From NCBI RefSeq assembly GCF_964204645.1, contig NC_134025.1:27632299-27696298 (forward strand): DNA of 64,000 nt, read 5' to 3'. This document shows, one piece after another, positions 40,901 to 54,022 of the stretch. The notes beneath the pieces are model-generated. The model was not told the origin of the DNA. It saw only the letters and a program-made list of their open reading frames with translations, and ran no database searches. This DNA comes from Tubulanus polymorphus (taxonomy: Eukaryota > Animalia > Nemertea). Each line of letters starts with the position of its first letter. Positions within the stretch are counted from its first letter, which is position 1. The translations under genes were made by a program, and so were the position numbers.

Positions 40901-43900
40901 TCTGCGAAACTAAAACGATGCTTGAAGATCAACTAGAAGCGTGTCACAAACGCATAGAATCTGTGATAGAACTGGAAAATGAGCTGATGAAATGTAAAAA
41001 ACAATTGGAAGAATTATCAGTGGTAAGTTTTTCCTTAATTTTGATGTTTGTCAGGCTTTATTATCCAATATCTTTCATATTTCAATTTGTATATCTATAG
41101 GGTCGGGACCATGACAGAGAGCAAATCCAAACCTTGATGAGTGAGAATGCTCGTTTGCATTTAGAAGTTAAAGGGCATCTCAATGAGAGTTCTAATCTGG
41201 AACAAGAGTTACAATCTTCTATCAAAGATAATGAAGCTGGTAAGCCTTTTCTAGAATATTCTTGCTAGTACAAAATGTAGTGTTTTAAAGTTCTTGAGTC
41301 TTGAGGATGTTACGATCTTGTTTCAGGTGCAAGTGGATCGTTGTCAGAACAGCTCAGCGAAACGGTCAACACAAAACTGTTTCGTTTAGAATTAGAAAAT
41401 CAGAGATTACAGAAAAAACTACTCGAGAAGCACGACCTGGAAAATACTCACAACACCGAACTGGAGAAAGAGAATCGAAGGCTCGGGAAAAAGATCGAAA
41501 AATACCAGGAAACGCAAGCGAAAGAATCGGAAGAGATTCTACGATTAGAAACGGAACAACAGGAATTATTGCAAGAACAGGAACAGTTAACGCATACAAT
41601 CGAAACGGTTAAAGAATCGACGACTCGTCAAATACGAGAGCTCGAGATGGAGAACGAATACTTGAATCAATCGTTACATACGCTTCGTGAACGCAATGAA
41701 AAAACAAACGATATACGACTGCAGGAGTTGGAACGCGATAATAAACGAATGGATAAAACGGTGAAGGATCTAACGAATAATCTGTCGACGTTGGACTTCG
41801 ATCATCGGAAATTGCAGAAATCGTACGAAAAACTGCGAGAGAACGTGTCGAAAATCAGCGAACTAGAACAGAACAGGGACGCGTTGGAGAAACAAAACGC
41901 TGAATTAACTAGAACTGTTCAAACGTTGAAGCTTACCTGTGATAAATACGAAACTTTAGAACAAAATATGTCTGACTTAGAAGTCGAAAATCAAAAGTTA
42001 GTCAATAACGTGCAGAATCTTAAATCGGTTATATCGAAATTGGAGAAATTCGAACAGGATTGCGTCACTTTATCGTTGGAAAATCAAAAGATGCAACGTA
42101 CTTGCGACAATATGAAGAAGTCTGCGACGCGGGTTGTTGAGCTCGAACACGAGAAAGATCAGTTAAGCAACGAAATTCAACAGCTTAAAAAGACAATTCA
42201 GGTTCAAATAACGGAGAAATCAAAATACGAACAAATTGAAATCGACACTCTCGATGTTGATAATGAAAATCAGAAGTTATTGAAAAATTTACAACTAGTG
42301 ACAAAACGGGTCGAACAGTTACAAGCTGATAACGATGATCTAGAAACTGAAAACGAAAAACTATTGAAATCATTGGAAACTGTGAAACTGTCCGTCAGAA
42401 AGTTGGATGATCTGGAAAAAATGAATCGCGAATTCGAAATCGACGTTAGCAATTTGCAAAAACAGAAAATGGCTTTAGAACGAGAAACGAAGAAGTTGAA
42501 ACAGTCGAATGAAGTAAGAGAATCTAGTCTAGACGAGATGAATGCTAAACTAGCGTTACTCGAAAGAGAGAACACTGATATGAAGAAACAGGTTGATTAC
42601 CAGACTGATGTCGGCAGTAGAGTGAAAGAATTAGAAACGGAAAATCGTGAATTGATCCATAATCTTACAGTTGACAAGAAAACGTTGACTAAACTGAGAG
42701 AGGTACGTACTGAGTTTTATTTATCATTTTCATTTATCAATAATATCAAAAATACATACATACTCTTTATGTATTTTTGATGATATGCACTGTACATTTC
42801 GAGATTTTGACACAATGAAGGAGCAAGCCAATGGCTGTGCAAACATTAAAAGAAACAAGAATTGAGATTTGGAAACTGATCAATTTGGTAATTCGATTTT
42901 AGGACCTTGTGAATGAAAAGGTGAAGTGTCAACAATTGGATAATCAGTTAGAGAAATTAACGTGGAAATTGGATAAGATTGGTTTGAAGAAAGAATCGAT
43001 TTTAGCGACAGAGGTTGAAGCCGAAGGAGAAAGGTATGTTGATATCTATTGAGCCATTTTTGGTATTGAAAGGTAGCAGGTAATGATTTTGAATATTTGT
43101 TTTTTTAGTCGAATGAAAGCTTTAGAAACGATGATGGAAGACGTGCTGAAGAAAAGCCTCGAAACGCGAGATGAGAAAATAGATGTGCTCGAGTTACGTC
43201 TGGAAGAATCGAAACTGAGGAACACAAAACTACAGGACGAGCTGAAACAGAATCGTGTACAGATGGAACTGTTCAGAGAGGAATTCGGCGAGATGCACGA
43301 TTCAGAGATGATCGATCAACAAAATAATCACAGCAATCGTAGTAATAGCGTCGGTAGTTTACAAACTAGTCCAGAACATACGTGTAAACAGGGGTGTGTA
43401 TTCTTCTTAACGCTGCTGTAAAGATCAGTGAAATTTGGTCTTTAATTGATGTATTTTTCCTTTATAGTCGAGTCAAAACATCGGTCAATTTCACTCCAAC
43501 ACGAAATACACCATCGGAATTCCTAATGATTCGTGAACATCTAGTTGATGTTGAACGTACGGTAGGTTTGAATGTTTTGTAGTTTTATGATTGGTTTGAA
43601 TCTGTTTGTAGGATTGTAATGATGAACTAAGTTTAGATTGACCTGATATCACTTATATTATTGATGTGTTGATCAGGACATGATCACATAATCTTCTCTC
43701 TGAACAAGCCCTCAATAAAGATCTAATCTTCATTTCCCATCAATTCTGCCTTTTATGAGACTTGAGATTGATTTTTACTCCTCAGAATGCTGCGCTTGCA
43801 ACTGAAAATAAGATAATGAAAACGACTGTTCAGAATTTGGAAAATCGATGTCAGAACTTGGAAACTAAAGCTAATGCGTTACAGAATCATAACTCTGAGT

Positions 43901-46900
43901 TACAGGTGAGTTTATCAAGCCCATAATAAATGCTCATCGCATCTACCAGAGGTCATGATTATGTGGAATTTGATGTACTTATCGTAATGTCGTTTCGATT
44001 GCAGATGTCTAGCAGCAACCTTCAGTCACAGATCGCGAAACTACAAGTAGAAAACTCGACATTAGAGTCGCAGAACTATACCCTACAAGGTCAGACGGAA
44101 ACGTTGAGAGCTCTGCAGATTGATCACGAATCATTAGTCGGTCGACATGAAGAGTTACAGAACGCTCACGAATCTCTGGTCGGTGATCACGAAATACTTC
44201 AGCAACTTCACGAACAACTGTCGGTCGATTACGAAACGTTGATCTCCGAACACGGCAATCTGAAATCCGCCCATAAATCCGTCCGACACGAGTTCAAAGA
44301 ACTGAATGAGAAATACCAACGTTTGCTTCGCGACAAGGAGTACGTCGAACGTATGAAGGTCACAGTCGAGCAAGATCAACAAAAACTTCGCTCGGATTCG
44401 AAGTCTTTAGGCACGCTACAAGTGGATTACGTGAACACGCGCGAAGAGTTGAATCGCGTCAATAATAATTACGATAAATTGAACGGCGAATACGGAGATT
44501 TACTGAGGGAATACAAGAACGTGAAATCATCGTATAACTCATTACAGTTGAAACATACAGAATTACAAGGAGATATGGCTGATTGTAGAGATCAACTGAA
44601 CACGATGGATGTCGAAGTTTCAAAAATGGCCAACAAGGTGGAAGTAAGTATATTGAAGTGTATTTAAAATTGGATAAAGCGTTGAAGGTTTGGCTAGTTA
44701 ATCGTGTTAATTCTCTTATTTGACAGGCTTTAGAGTCACTAAACGCTCAACTGGCGGAAGAAAACAAAAGTCTGATTCATCAGTTGCAGACATTACTCGC
44801 TCAGAACCACGAACTGATAACGCAGACGTTAGAATCAAAAGATCAGTTCTATGAAGAAGAGAGAAGTTACATGGAAAAACTGTCCGATCTACGGCGACAG
44901 AAAGAGAAACTCGAAGAGAAAATAATGGAGCAATATAAACGCAATGATCCTCCTAAGAAGTAAGTGTTTATACCTAATATTAGAAAAAGTGATGAATATA
45001 AAGTAAACTTGTGTTTGGTTTCTAATAAGCAAGTCTTGTATTTCAGAAATCGAAGTTTCGGGGCACATCTCGTAAGGAAAGCCAGAGGTTTTATTACAAA
45101 GGTATGAAAAACTGAAGACTATCAGATATAATTGAAAAAGCTATGAATTTTGAGCTTAATATGTAAATGTTGTGTTTGTTTTTCAGCGAAATCGTGGCAG
45201 TAAATTCGATGTGAATTCATCATCTCCTGATCAATCTATCTGTGATCCTGCAAATGAATCATTCAGTAGTTCAGAGACTGCAAGCCGTAAATACAGTGAG
45301 TCAACGTATTTCGAAATCTAGAATATCTGTTTCAGAACAAGTATATACTAAAGACAATACTTTGATATTAATTACAGGTGATCCGAATTATCGCAGTACA
45401 CAAGACTTAACTTCATCTAGTCCAAAACTTTCTAAACAAGGAAAACATTTGTCATCATCGACAACTGCTGTGAATCTGCTCGGCAAAAAGGAATCAAATG
45501 AAGGTGGATTTTCATTTAGCTTGAAAGGTAAAGGTTGCACAGCTTGATAGTATTGTAGTTTGTGAGATACACTGTAGGTGGGAGGCTCGTAGATTGATCT
45601 ATAAATGCTGATGAATAATGCTTTCGTCTACTGTAATAATCTTCTAAACTGTAGTTGTTTTTGCGCTTGAAAATTGAACACTCTTAATTTTACTGATATG
45701 AGCAGCACTTAGAGTAGTTATGGTTTTGGTGCGCATTGATGATTAACTGTCCGTAGATATAGCTTTTTTCGCTAACGTTTTCTGCCAACAACTTTTAGGC
45801 TCTAAATCGAATGATGATCTCTTGGATGAAGGTACAGCACGTTCAAAAAAGAAATCTCGTACACCCCGTAAAGGTATAACAGGTTAAAGGAGACACTTTA
45901 ATTAGTTTTTTGCTTATCTAATTATCATCTTTTATAATAAGCATCACAAAAAATATTATTTATCACACCGACACAACAAACTGAAAATGTATGTTATTCA
46001 CTCAGTTTACTAATTCATTAAGATTTGTGTGTAATTTTAAGATTTCATTTGTTTATTCTTGTAAAATGTTCACTTGTTATTGATCAATGATATGAAACAT
46101 TACTCAGTATATATGCGATTCATTGTAGTATCATTGTTCATTTAGCCGATGTGGTTGAATTGAATGAGAAAATTAATGCTCATTTCTGTTAATTCTAGAT
46201 GATAAAATCAGCCAGAAATCTGAATCATCGGCATCATCCGGCACTCCGGCTGTTCCGAAGAAGAAACTCATTCCGGGTTCTATGAGTATTTATGATCGAT
46301 CTCCTAATACATCGCCGCGTAGTTCCACTGCTAGTTTATTGTCGATGATGGAATTTCTGGATGATATCAGTACTCGGTCTCCTGCCTCGAGGGTAATTAC
46401 TTCAATCTCACCGACAATTTCTATTTCCTTTTCATCGACATTGAAGTCCTCATTGTGCGATTATTTGTTTTATTTTGTACGTTTATTTTCCAGCGTAAAA
46501 TGGTTCGAAAAGAATTGGATAAAAAGGTCGAAGCAGAACCGGCGAAACCAGTATCGGTGACTCCATCTAAACCCGATATCGTAGCTTCGCCGAGGTCGGA
46601 TACTATCAGCGAATTGTCCGATAATAGTCCGAGTCGTCGACAGTTACCGCAGGTTCCTCGTTCTCCGGTCGGTAGCGTGCGTTCGCAACAATCGCAGGAG
46701 AGTCCGCCGCGACCTAAACCCGACCTAGTTCCCGATCGCCGTCATTCGACCTTCGTTCCGCCGAAAGATGTAGCGAGTTCAGACGAGAGACTGGTCAGCG
46801 CGCGGCGATATTCGGCGCAAACCGGTCCGTATAAACCGCCGTTAGATACGAGCTTCGTTAGTTTACCGGGTACATCCACTCTACCGGGTACTTCTACCCC

Positions 46901-47633
46901 GATGTTCCGTCAGAGTAACCAGCAACCTCCCGTCAGAGCTCGCCCTCGCCAGCGTCCAGCCAGCGCTCGACTCGTTAGAGAACCTAACTCACCCGCTCTA
47001 GATAAACAAATGATGCACGAGGGTCCGGATGCGTCGTTTATCTCAGGCGGCGCTGGCGCTGGTGGTGGTGGTGGTGGTGACAATCGTTATAATCGTAGAG
47101 CTTTATCTCCACCTCCTCTACCTCAGAAACCGAATAACAGATCGGTGAGCGTGTCCGGGGATAGTTACTCTACTTTAGAGCGTCGACAACTACCTCGACA
47201 CCCGCCACCCCTCATTCCAAATAGACCACCCATTCCGAGTAGTAAACCGCCGCTGCCGATGTCGCAGGAAAATCGTACGCATTATACTACGAACAATCTA
47301 GCGCCTTCGCACGGACCGCCGGTACCGCCACCTAGGAAACGAGTTGGCAGCAATCCGAATCTGTTGGATGACGAGCCGGCGACGCCCGTATTCCGTAATC
47401 TCGTGCGTCCGGCTAGCGCGCACGTCTCCACACGACCTTCGATGAATTATTCCTCATCGAGAACGTCGTTAGCGACGTTACAACAGCCGTCGGCGTCTGA
47501 TACTGAAACTAAAGACAACCTACCTGATTCTGCATCGGCGCCATCTAATGGGGAACAAACGAACAATAATACAACTGATGAATCTGGTAAACCGAAGAAG
47601 AATTCAATCTGGTATGAATATGGCTGTGTGTGA
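34908..47633 (+). CDS. CCDC88: Girdin/Daple (CCDC88 family, Hook-related protein)
   Basis: 24 coding exons: 34908-34955, 35087-35169, 35816-35921, 37833-37902, 38218-38360, 39810-39932, 40014-40198, 40471-40552, 40630-40788, 40876-41022, 41101-41239, 41327-42702, 42903-43033, 43109-~43393, 43468-43561, 43786-43905, 44005-44643, 44727-44959, 45047-45101, 45187-45295, 45378-45527, 45799-45873, 46199-46392, 46494-47633. Hook domain ([17 protein letters not shown]), [11 protein letters not shown], long coiled coil, [15 protein letters not shown]-like LSMMEFL, C-terminal WYEYGCV. Confidence 0.95.
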
Positions 47634-49040
47634 ATGACTGATTGTATAGTTGTATGATGTGAATAAGTAGATTATAATATTATGTTATATATAAATCGTC
47701 CATGGTTTTTCAAGTAAATGTTCAGCGTAGTTGTCCATTTTGAGTGGTGTTCACTAGAGAAACATTCATTAACTAAAACTATTGAAATTCTGTATGATAA
47801 AGGCCACACAAGTCTTAATCTTAAGAAATTTATTTATTTAGAAATCGATCCTCATATGAAATATGAGATTTGCCATTACTGATAGTGTCGGTTTTAAAAC
47901 GGGATTCGCTGCTCTGTTTCTCTTGTAGTGTTAGAAATGCTGATTTTGAAGAAGAGTTTTTCTTGTAAATATTACGTGTTAAAGAGTAAAACGTTTGTTA
48001 CTATCCCCGCCCGGTTTCCCTAATGTTTTATAATGATTTATAGTGTAATAATTGTCAGTTATCCGTCCAGTGAAATTGTTGCTTAGTTACATCCAGTCGT
48101 ATTGAAGTGTTTAATTTACATTAATTTAGAATCGTTGTATTGTCTAATAATAGTTGAATATGTCGGACTAGAAAAATTCAAACGTACATATCAAATATAT
48201 CGTATGACACTGTATCTAAATGCACAGAGTATGTATCTTATAGGAGATTTACAGATCATGTAGCTTTGAAATTATGCCTAGCGTTCACGAGCCGTACAAT
48301 TAGATGAATGATATCGAAATGATTGAATATCTTACTTCCCCTGATAATCATTGCAAAATAATAATCCGTAATATATGATTCAGTATACTGTATATCGATC
48401 GTGGCATTTTCGTGTAGCTACCTCTTCAATTTAATATATATATATAATAGGCTTCTAGAAAATGGCAATTTTCTCGTAAAAGTTTGCACATATACATGTA
48501 TATAAACAGGGGCAAACGTATTTATATTTTGAGTAGAACAAAGTTTTTTACAAACTAAAAAAAGTATTAGATCGTATATGAGCTTAGGAATCGAATAACT
48601 GATTTTATAGTACATGTATTGTCAAATTCTCCCGTTGCAGGGGTTTCACAGTAAACTATTAATAGTATTTTTCGGCCTGTGATGTTTATCAATGCTTGAA
48701 CATTCCACAGTTGAACATTCCTATCAATTAATGAACGTTCGGTCTAAAATGGTGTCTTCCTTTCTCTTGTGAGCAGAATTCTCAATCAGAAGAAGAAAAA
48801 AAAAACAGGAATATCCACTCTGAACTAATTAATAAATAATGTTTGTGTAAAAAGCAGTCGATATGTTTTTTGATTGCCAAACCCTATTGATAATATTGTG
48901 CTCTAATGTTTAGACTTACAGTGAGAGGTGCTTCATCTTGTATCGTCAGATATTTCACAGTTGAGATAATGTGCTACATTTTCAGAACATTTTAATAGAA
49001 GTTCGATATCGTGTCATTATGGTCATTACAACTCTTCAAC

Positions 49041-49119
49041 GGGCGTTTCATAAAAACGATTGCAATTTCATATTGTAAGGTTGAGTTAATAAATGACAAT
49101 GTCAATTATGAAACGTCCC
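49041..49119. mobile_element. Mini fold-back/MITE-like element in Girdin 3' region
   Basis: GGGCGTTTCATAA ... TTATGAAACGTCCC terminal inverted repeats. Confidence 0.5.
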
Positions 49120-51504
49120 CTCTTTAGATCTATTTTGTATAGAATGTTGTACATTTATATAAATACAAGAATTCTTTGATTTTAGACCATTTTTATACTG
49201 GTGCTTATTGATGTATAGAAAATACAACTCATCCAATATGAAATCCATCTTTGTGTCTTGTGTTCCCTGCTTTCAAAATCTCCAGAGGCTCAGATAACAG
49301 ATTAAAGGATGCTGCTTGCTGTGATTGTTTTCCTGGTCGAGAATAATTGAGGAGATTGATTTAAAAGATCATTATCAGACATTCTGTCTGTACGGCGTTG
49401 TGAGCAAATTTAATTTTCGATAATCTCTTGCGTGCCATTATTTTCACAAAAGCCTCAAGTAACTCGTAATGTCTCGCGCATGAGCTGCAAGATAAATCAT
49501 AAACCTCGTAAAAATGATCGATTCCACCGTTTTTATTACTTATCTCCCTAGAGGGGAAACGTTTTCAAATTATGTCACTGATCGTGGATGAAAGCAAGCG
49601 ATCTCGTTACCCAACAAACATCGCGCTCTGGAAAGAAATTACCTCGTCAGAGAGTATCGTACAAGTTGATTGATCGACTTTCGAATTTATTGCATTTCCA
49701 AATTGCTTAGAAATCAATGAGGCAGGTGATTACGTCTTTAGGAATGAAAGCAATACTCGTATTCCACGTCAAATTGGCCCCATAAATTGCCATCAGTTTC
49801 ATCACCTTCATCCGTGTCGTGGATGGAAAATCACGGAGGTTCCTGACATAACAAACCAATAAAATGTTAACCCCAACCACAGGCCTGCTGCTGTCAGGAT
49901 TTCAGATATGAGATAATTCATGCGTGTGGGAAATATTTTGCACCGAAGTGGTGATACAGATTAACGTCGATTCTGAAATAATCATTTACGTCAAGCGTCG
50001 ATGTATGTACGTCTAAACATGTGATCCTCCCCATTAGCCCAGATTCGATTGGAAACCGCAGCGAAATGAAATCAATCAATCCATCAATAAAGTGTCTCCC
50101 GATAGGTAACAATATGGACTCGTCGAATCCTATTTTCTATTGAACCAGAAGGTAACGCGATACTTGTTCATCATTGCCATTAAGAGCTTCATCTTGTCGG
50201 TGACAGGAAACCATCGCCATCTCCCAATATATATGTATACATGTTTGATAAGTAGCTACTGAAAGCTTCGCAAGATCGCGGTTCATCACGGCTATCGGGA
50301 AAATACAAATCTAATCTCCGAAACTGGGAGTCTTCTTGAACCTTAAATCAGCTTAATGTCCATTAATGTAGTATAGTCCTATATTATACTTAGGTTAAAT
50401 CGCTTTCTAATACCGCATGTCTTCGCGTGCATCGCAGTTGTTAAAATCTTCGATACCTCGAGGGTTCGATTGTCTCAACTGTCTAATTCAGTTCGTCGTA
50501 AATATACACGCAATTGTCGAATTGCGTTTAATGACGACTCGACGGAAGATACTAATTGTCTTTTCTCGGAATTTCTCTTTTGGATTAGATTGTTTACTTA
50601 ACCATCTTATCAAAGAAAAGACGTCAATACCAGATAATTCTTCGTGATAAAAATCCCTTTGTATTTTTCACCGTTTGGGTAATTGCACTTAGATTGAAAA
50701 GAATACAAGTGAAACCCGTGTAATGAATGTAACTGGAATCCAAAGAAAGTGATTCTATATTGAACTGCATTTCCTCCATTGCTTCTTCACCGTTCGGAAT
50801 GATAAGGGCAATTTCTCGTATAGCATTGATTGCTATTGTACCGGTTTTCTATTTTCTCTCCCCAAGCTTAGTTACCCCCGTGGGGATACCATTTTCTTAT
50901 CACAGCACGTTCGTTACCGCCGTGTGGTTGCAGGGGATATTTTATAATACGCCTCTCTTTTCTATCAGTAACGACGTAAGATTAAATAAGCATAAGTCAA
51001 CTCTGGCATGAACGCCATATATGACATTACCTAATTTGGTGTAAAAATTTCGAAGCCGAACCGTTCAAATGCTCGGTTTTCGAATTTTCACGCGACACGC
51101 TTACGAAAACATAAAGGTATCCCGGCGGTGTATTAAGAGTTTTATATCTTTTCTAGTTCATCCGATTAATCTGTTTCTTCAGACACTTCATTTCCTCACC
51201 CTCACGTGAGCATCGCCGATGGGGCAGTGTTAGCGGATAAGGTGAAACGGTTCATTGCCATAAATGTGCCAGTGACAGCTTCTTTCTCAGACCAATAAGT
51301 CTATTCACACAGCATACAAGCATTTGTCAACCATTTCTTCATCAATCTACGTGGTCTACGTTCCAATTAAAAGCTAAACATTCGTTCAATATTGGAAATA
51401 GGTCGATCCAACGTGATAATGACTTAAATATCAATCAAAGGGTGATTTATATTGACTGCAAGATTGGTCAATAATAATGACATTTTCATCAACAACAAAT
51501 CTCA

Positions 51505-51912
51505 GGACATATATAGAATATCAATGGTTGAGAACGAGTGAGCTCTTGAGCTACTTCCGCGTCGCGGTCGCCAGTGATCCGAGCGAAGTCGATGCATCGT
51601 GCGCGACGCTGGAGTTGACTCGTTGGTTTATTTTCTTCTGCGATCATTTCTGAAGAGTTGTTTCAGATAAAAACATTCCTAATTTTTGTACAGACAGTAA
51701 AAGATAAAAATAATGAAGTTGTGTCGTGTTATGGAACTGAATGAGTTCGGATTTATTTGAATTGACAGATGGATTAATGGAATGTTTGGTGATACTCGTG
51801 CGGGAAATATGGAATTTTGGGCATAAACTATTATCGATCTATGTGTTGCTTTTATAAAAAAGAAACATTCAAACAGCTTGTCTACCTCTTCTGCTCATCT
51901 GACCACATACAG
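51505..51912 (+). promoter_or_regulatory. Candidate TATA promoter and non-coding exon 1 of the secreted peptide gene
   Basis: TATATAGAA at ~51510, CpG-rich 51550-51620, CAG|GTATGT donor at 51912/51913 that can pair with the acceptor at 52997. Confidence 0.45.
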
Positions 51913-52998
51913 GTATGTCCGTTAAAAAACTTCACAGTTTTGAAAATCCGACGATATTTCTCAAATGTGCGTTATATGTCCGCAAAAATAGTTAATGTTG
52001 TGGTATAGAGTTGAACCAACCTTGGCAGGAGCGGGTGTTTGCAAATAATTCAAAAGGATCTTAATAATCAATATGAGATGATACGTATGAGAATAATTTA
52101 TAGTGGTTTATTACGCTATTATTAGATTTCCATTAAAACTGGATAAAACAAATTAATTCGTACATGATGATTTAGCACGGCGTATTGATAGCACTTAGCA
52201 TTCACATTGACTACAGAAACGTCTGTAAGTTTTTTGATTTGGTGATAACTAACTAACTAACTGGCAAACGAATTCGTGTAAAACGGACACGACGAGAAAA
52301 TAAATAGCACCACCTGGGAATATCGAGATAAGACTTGGCTATGAATATTTTACTAGTCTCGACCGAGTTAATGACATGGGGAATTTATCTATAAATTGCA
52401 GATTGAGATCAGTCTGGGCTCGAATAATGATTATGATACTTAGTCAAAAACGAGAAAACTTGGTCCATCTGTACTCCCGCTATTCTTTTAAACTAGCGTA
52501 CGCCGTAATTTCAGTTGTAAAATTCTGACAGCATTCTTCTCAAATGTTCAATATATGTACAGAATATAAATGGTAACATTTTTACGAATCTGAATAAATA
52601 ATTTAGTTCAATTGCGTTAGTTTAGCCCATAGCAAATATAGCTTACGTGACGTGTAGTTAGATGAAACTCGTGGGATCCAGACAGCGTGATGGTCTCGTA
52701 GATTACCCCGGGTTAAAACATCACCATTCATCTGGAAATTTATTTTTTCCGTCTCGAGTTCTTAACCGTCGACACAGCACGGGGACGAAACTCAATTTAA
52801 CGAGGCCTTCTTCAACCGCAAAGACAAGAACATTTTTCCCTTAAGGGTGTAAACCACAAATCAATACATCCAATTTTTATGGTTTGGTAGAAATGGATGG
52901 CTTACGTTTAGAAATTGTTCACGACGATATATCTTAAGTGGGGCTTAAGTGAATATGTAGAAACCTATAAAGCTATGAAATTTGTTTATCATTTCAGA

Positions 52999-53403
52999 AT
53001 GAACGCACACGAAATTTCAATTTTTATCATTTCTGTGCTGTGTTTGCTCGTGTCATATATACCAGCAGTCTTGTCGTCAATTAAGAAGGACCATCTTTCT
53101 CGCAGTTCACTCATCGAGCACTGTTTATTAAAATGTTTCTATTGCGATGAAATGACTAAACGCTACGATATAGCGACATGTAAAGATGATTGTTGGAGTA
53201 GCGCCGGGGTTCAAATTGACGACGGCTGTATCTTATATGAAGAGAAGTTACTCGTTATCAAATCAAAAGAGGTTACGAAGGCACCGCCGGTATCGAAAAA
53301 ACATCAGCATCCACGCCGAGTGCGTAATGGACGCGGACGACATGGGAAACATCACAAAAAACACCTCGAAGAGAACGCTACGATTAAAGTGTTAAAAAAT
53401 TGA
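52999..53403 (+). CDS. Secreted eclosion-hormone-like 6-Cys precursor (134 aa) with basic His-rich tail
   Basis: ATG one base after TTTATCATTTCAG acceptor; hydrophobic signal peptide (ISIFIISVLCLLVSYIPAVLS); C-x3-C-x2-C-x11-C-x3-C-x11-C. Confidence 0.7.
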   Translation: MNAHEISIFIISVLCLLVSYIPAVLSSIKKDHLSRSSLIEHCLLKCFYCDEMTKRYDIATCKDDCWSSAGVQIDDGCILYEEKLLVIKSKEVTKAPPVSKKHQHPRRVRNGRGRHGKHHKKHLEENATIKVLKN

Positions 53404-54022
53404 ATTCATGTTGTAGTTCAAATTACTGATACAATTGCGCATGTGTGTATGGCTCAAAATGTAATTTCTGTTGTAAATTGATTATAAATTCGTGTCAAGT
53501 TTAATTAGTTCCTTTTGTTGTTGATCGTTCGACGATTTTTCACATTCCTTTCCATTCTGTGTAGCCTGAGAGGTCTGATTAGTCAAAAGAAGCGAACATT
53601 CCATTCGGTAAATATGACGTAATCATTTTGCCACGAAAGTCTGAAGTCGAAGCCGCTATGTGTCACTCGAACTATTTCCAAAATAGTTCGATAAAACCAT
53701 ATTGGAACTGGTCTATTAGATTTCCCCAGTCATGAACGAGATGTCATTGTATTGAGAGATGTGTCGTGCGACATCTGTAGGAGGATACCTCAACCTGTGA
53801 CAAATTGAAGCATTGACCGTGCGACAAACTAGCACATCCCAGTCGATTATTAATTATTGACAGCATGATTCCGTCTGACGTCGATATCATTCGCCAGGAA
53901 TTCCAGTCACAGATAAGAACGATAAAAGTATTTTACTTCCTTGGCAAACGACCAGTTTGTAAGTGGTTACCTATACCACTCTACAGTACTATACAGGTAT
54001 GACTAGAATATCGTGGTGAATT

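Noticed and set aside
32048-53403. GPCR as the receptor for the nearby EH-like peptide
   Set aside because: Known EH receptors are membrane guanylyl cyclases; 20-kb proximity across another gene is not evidence.
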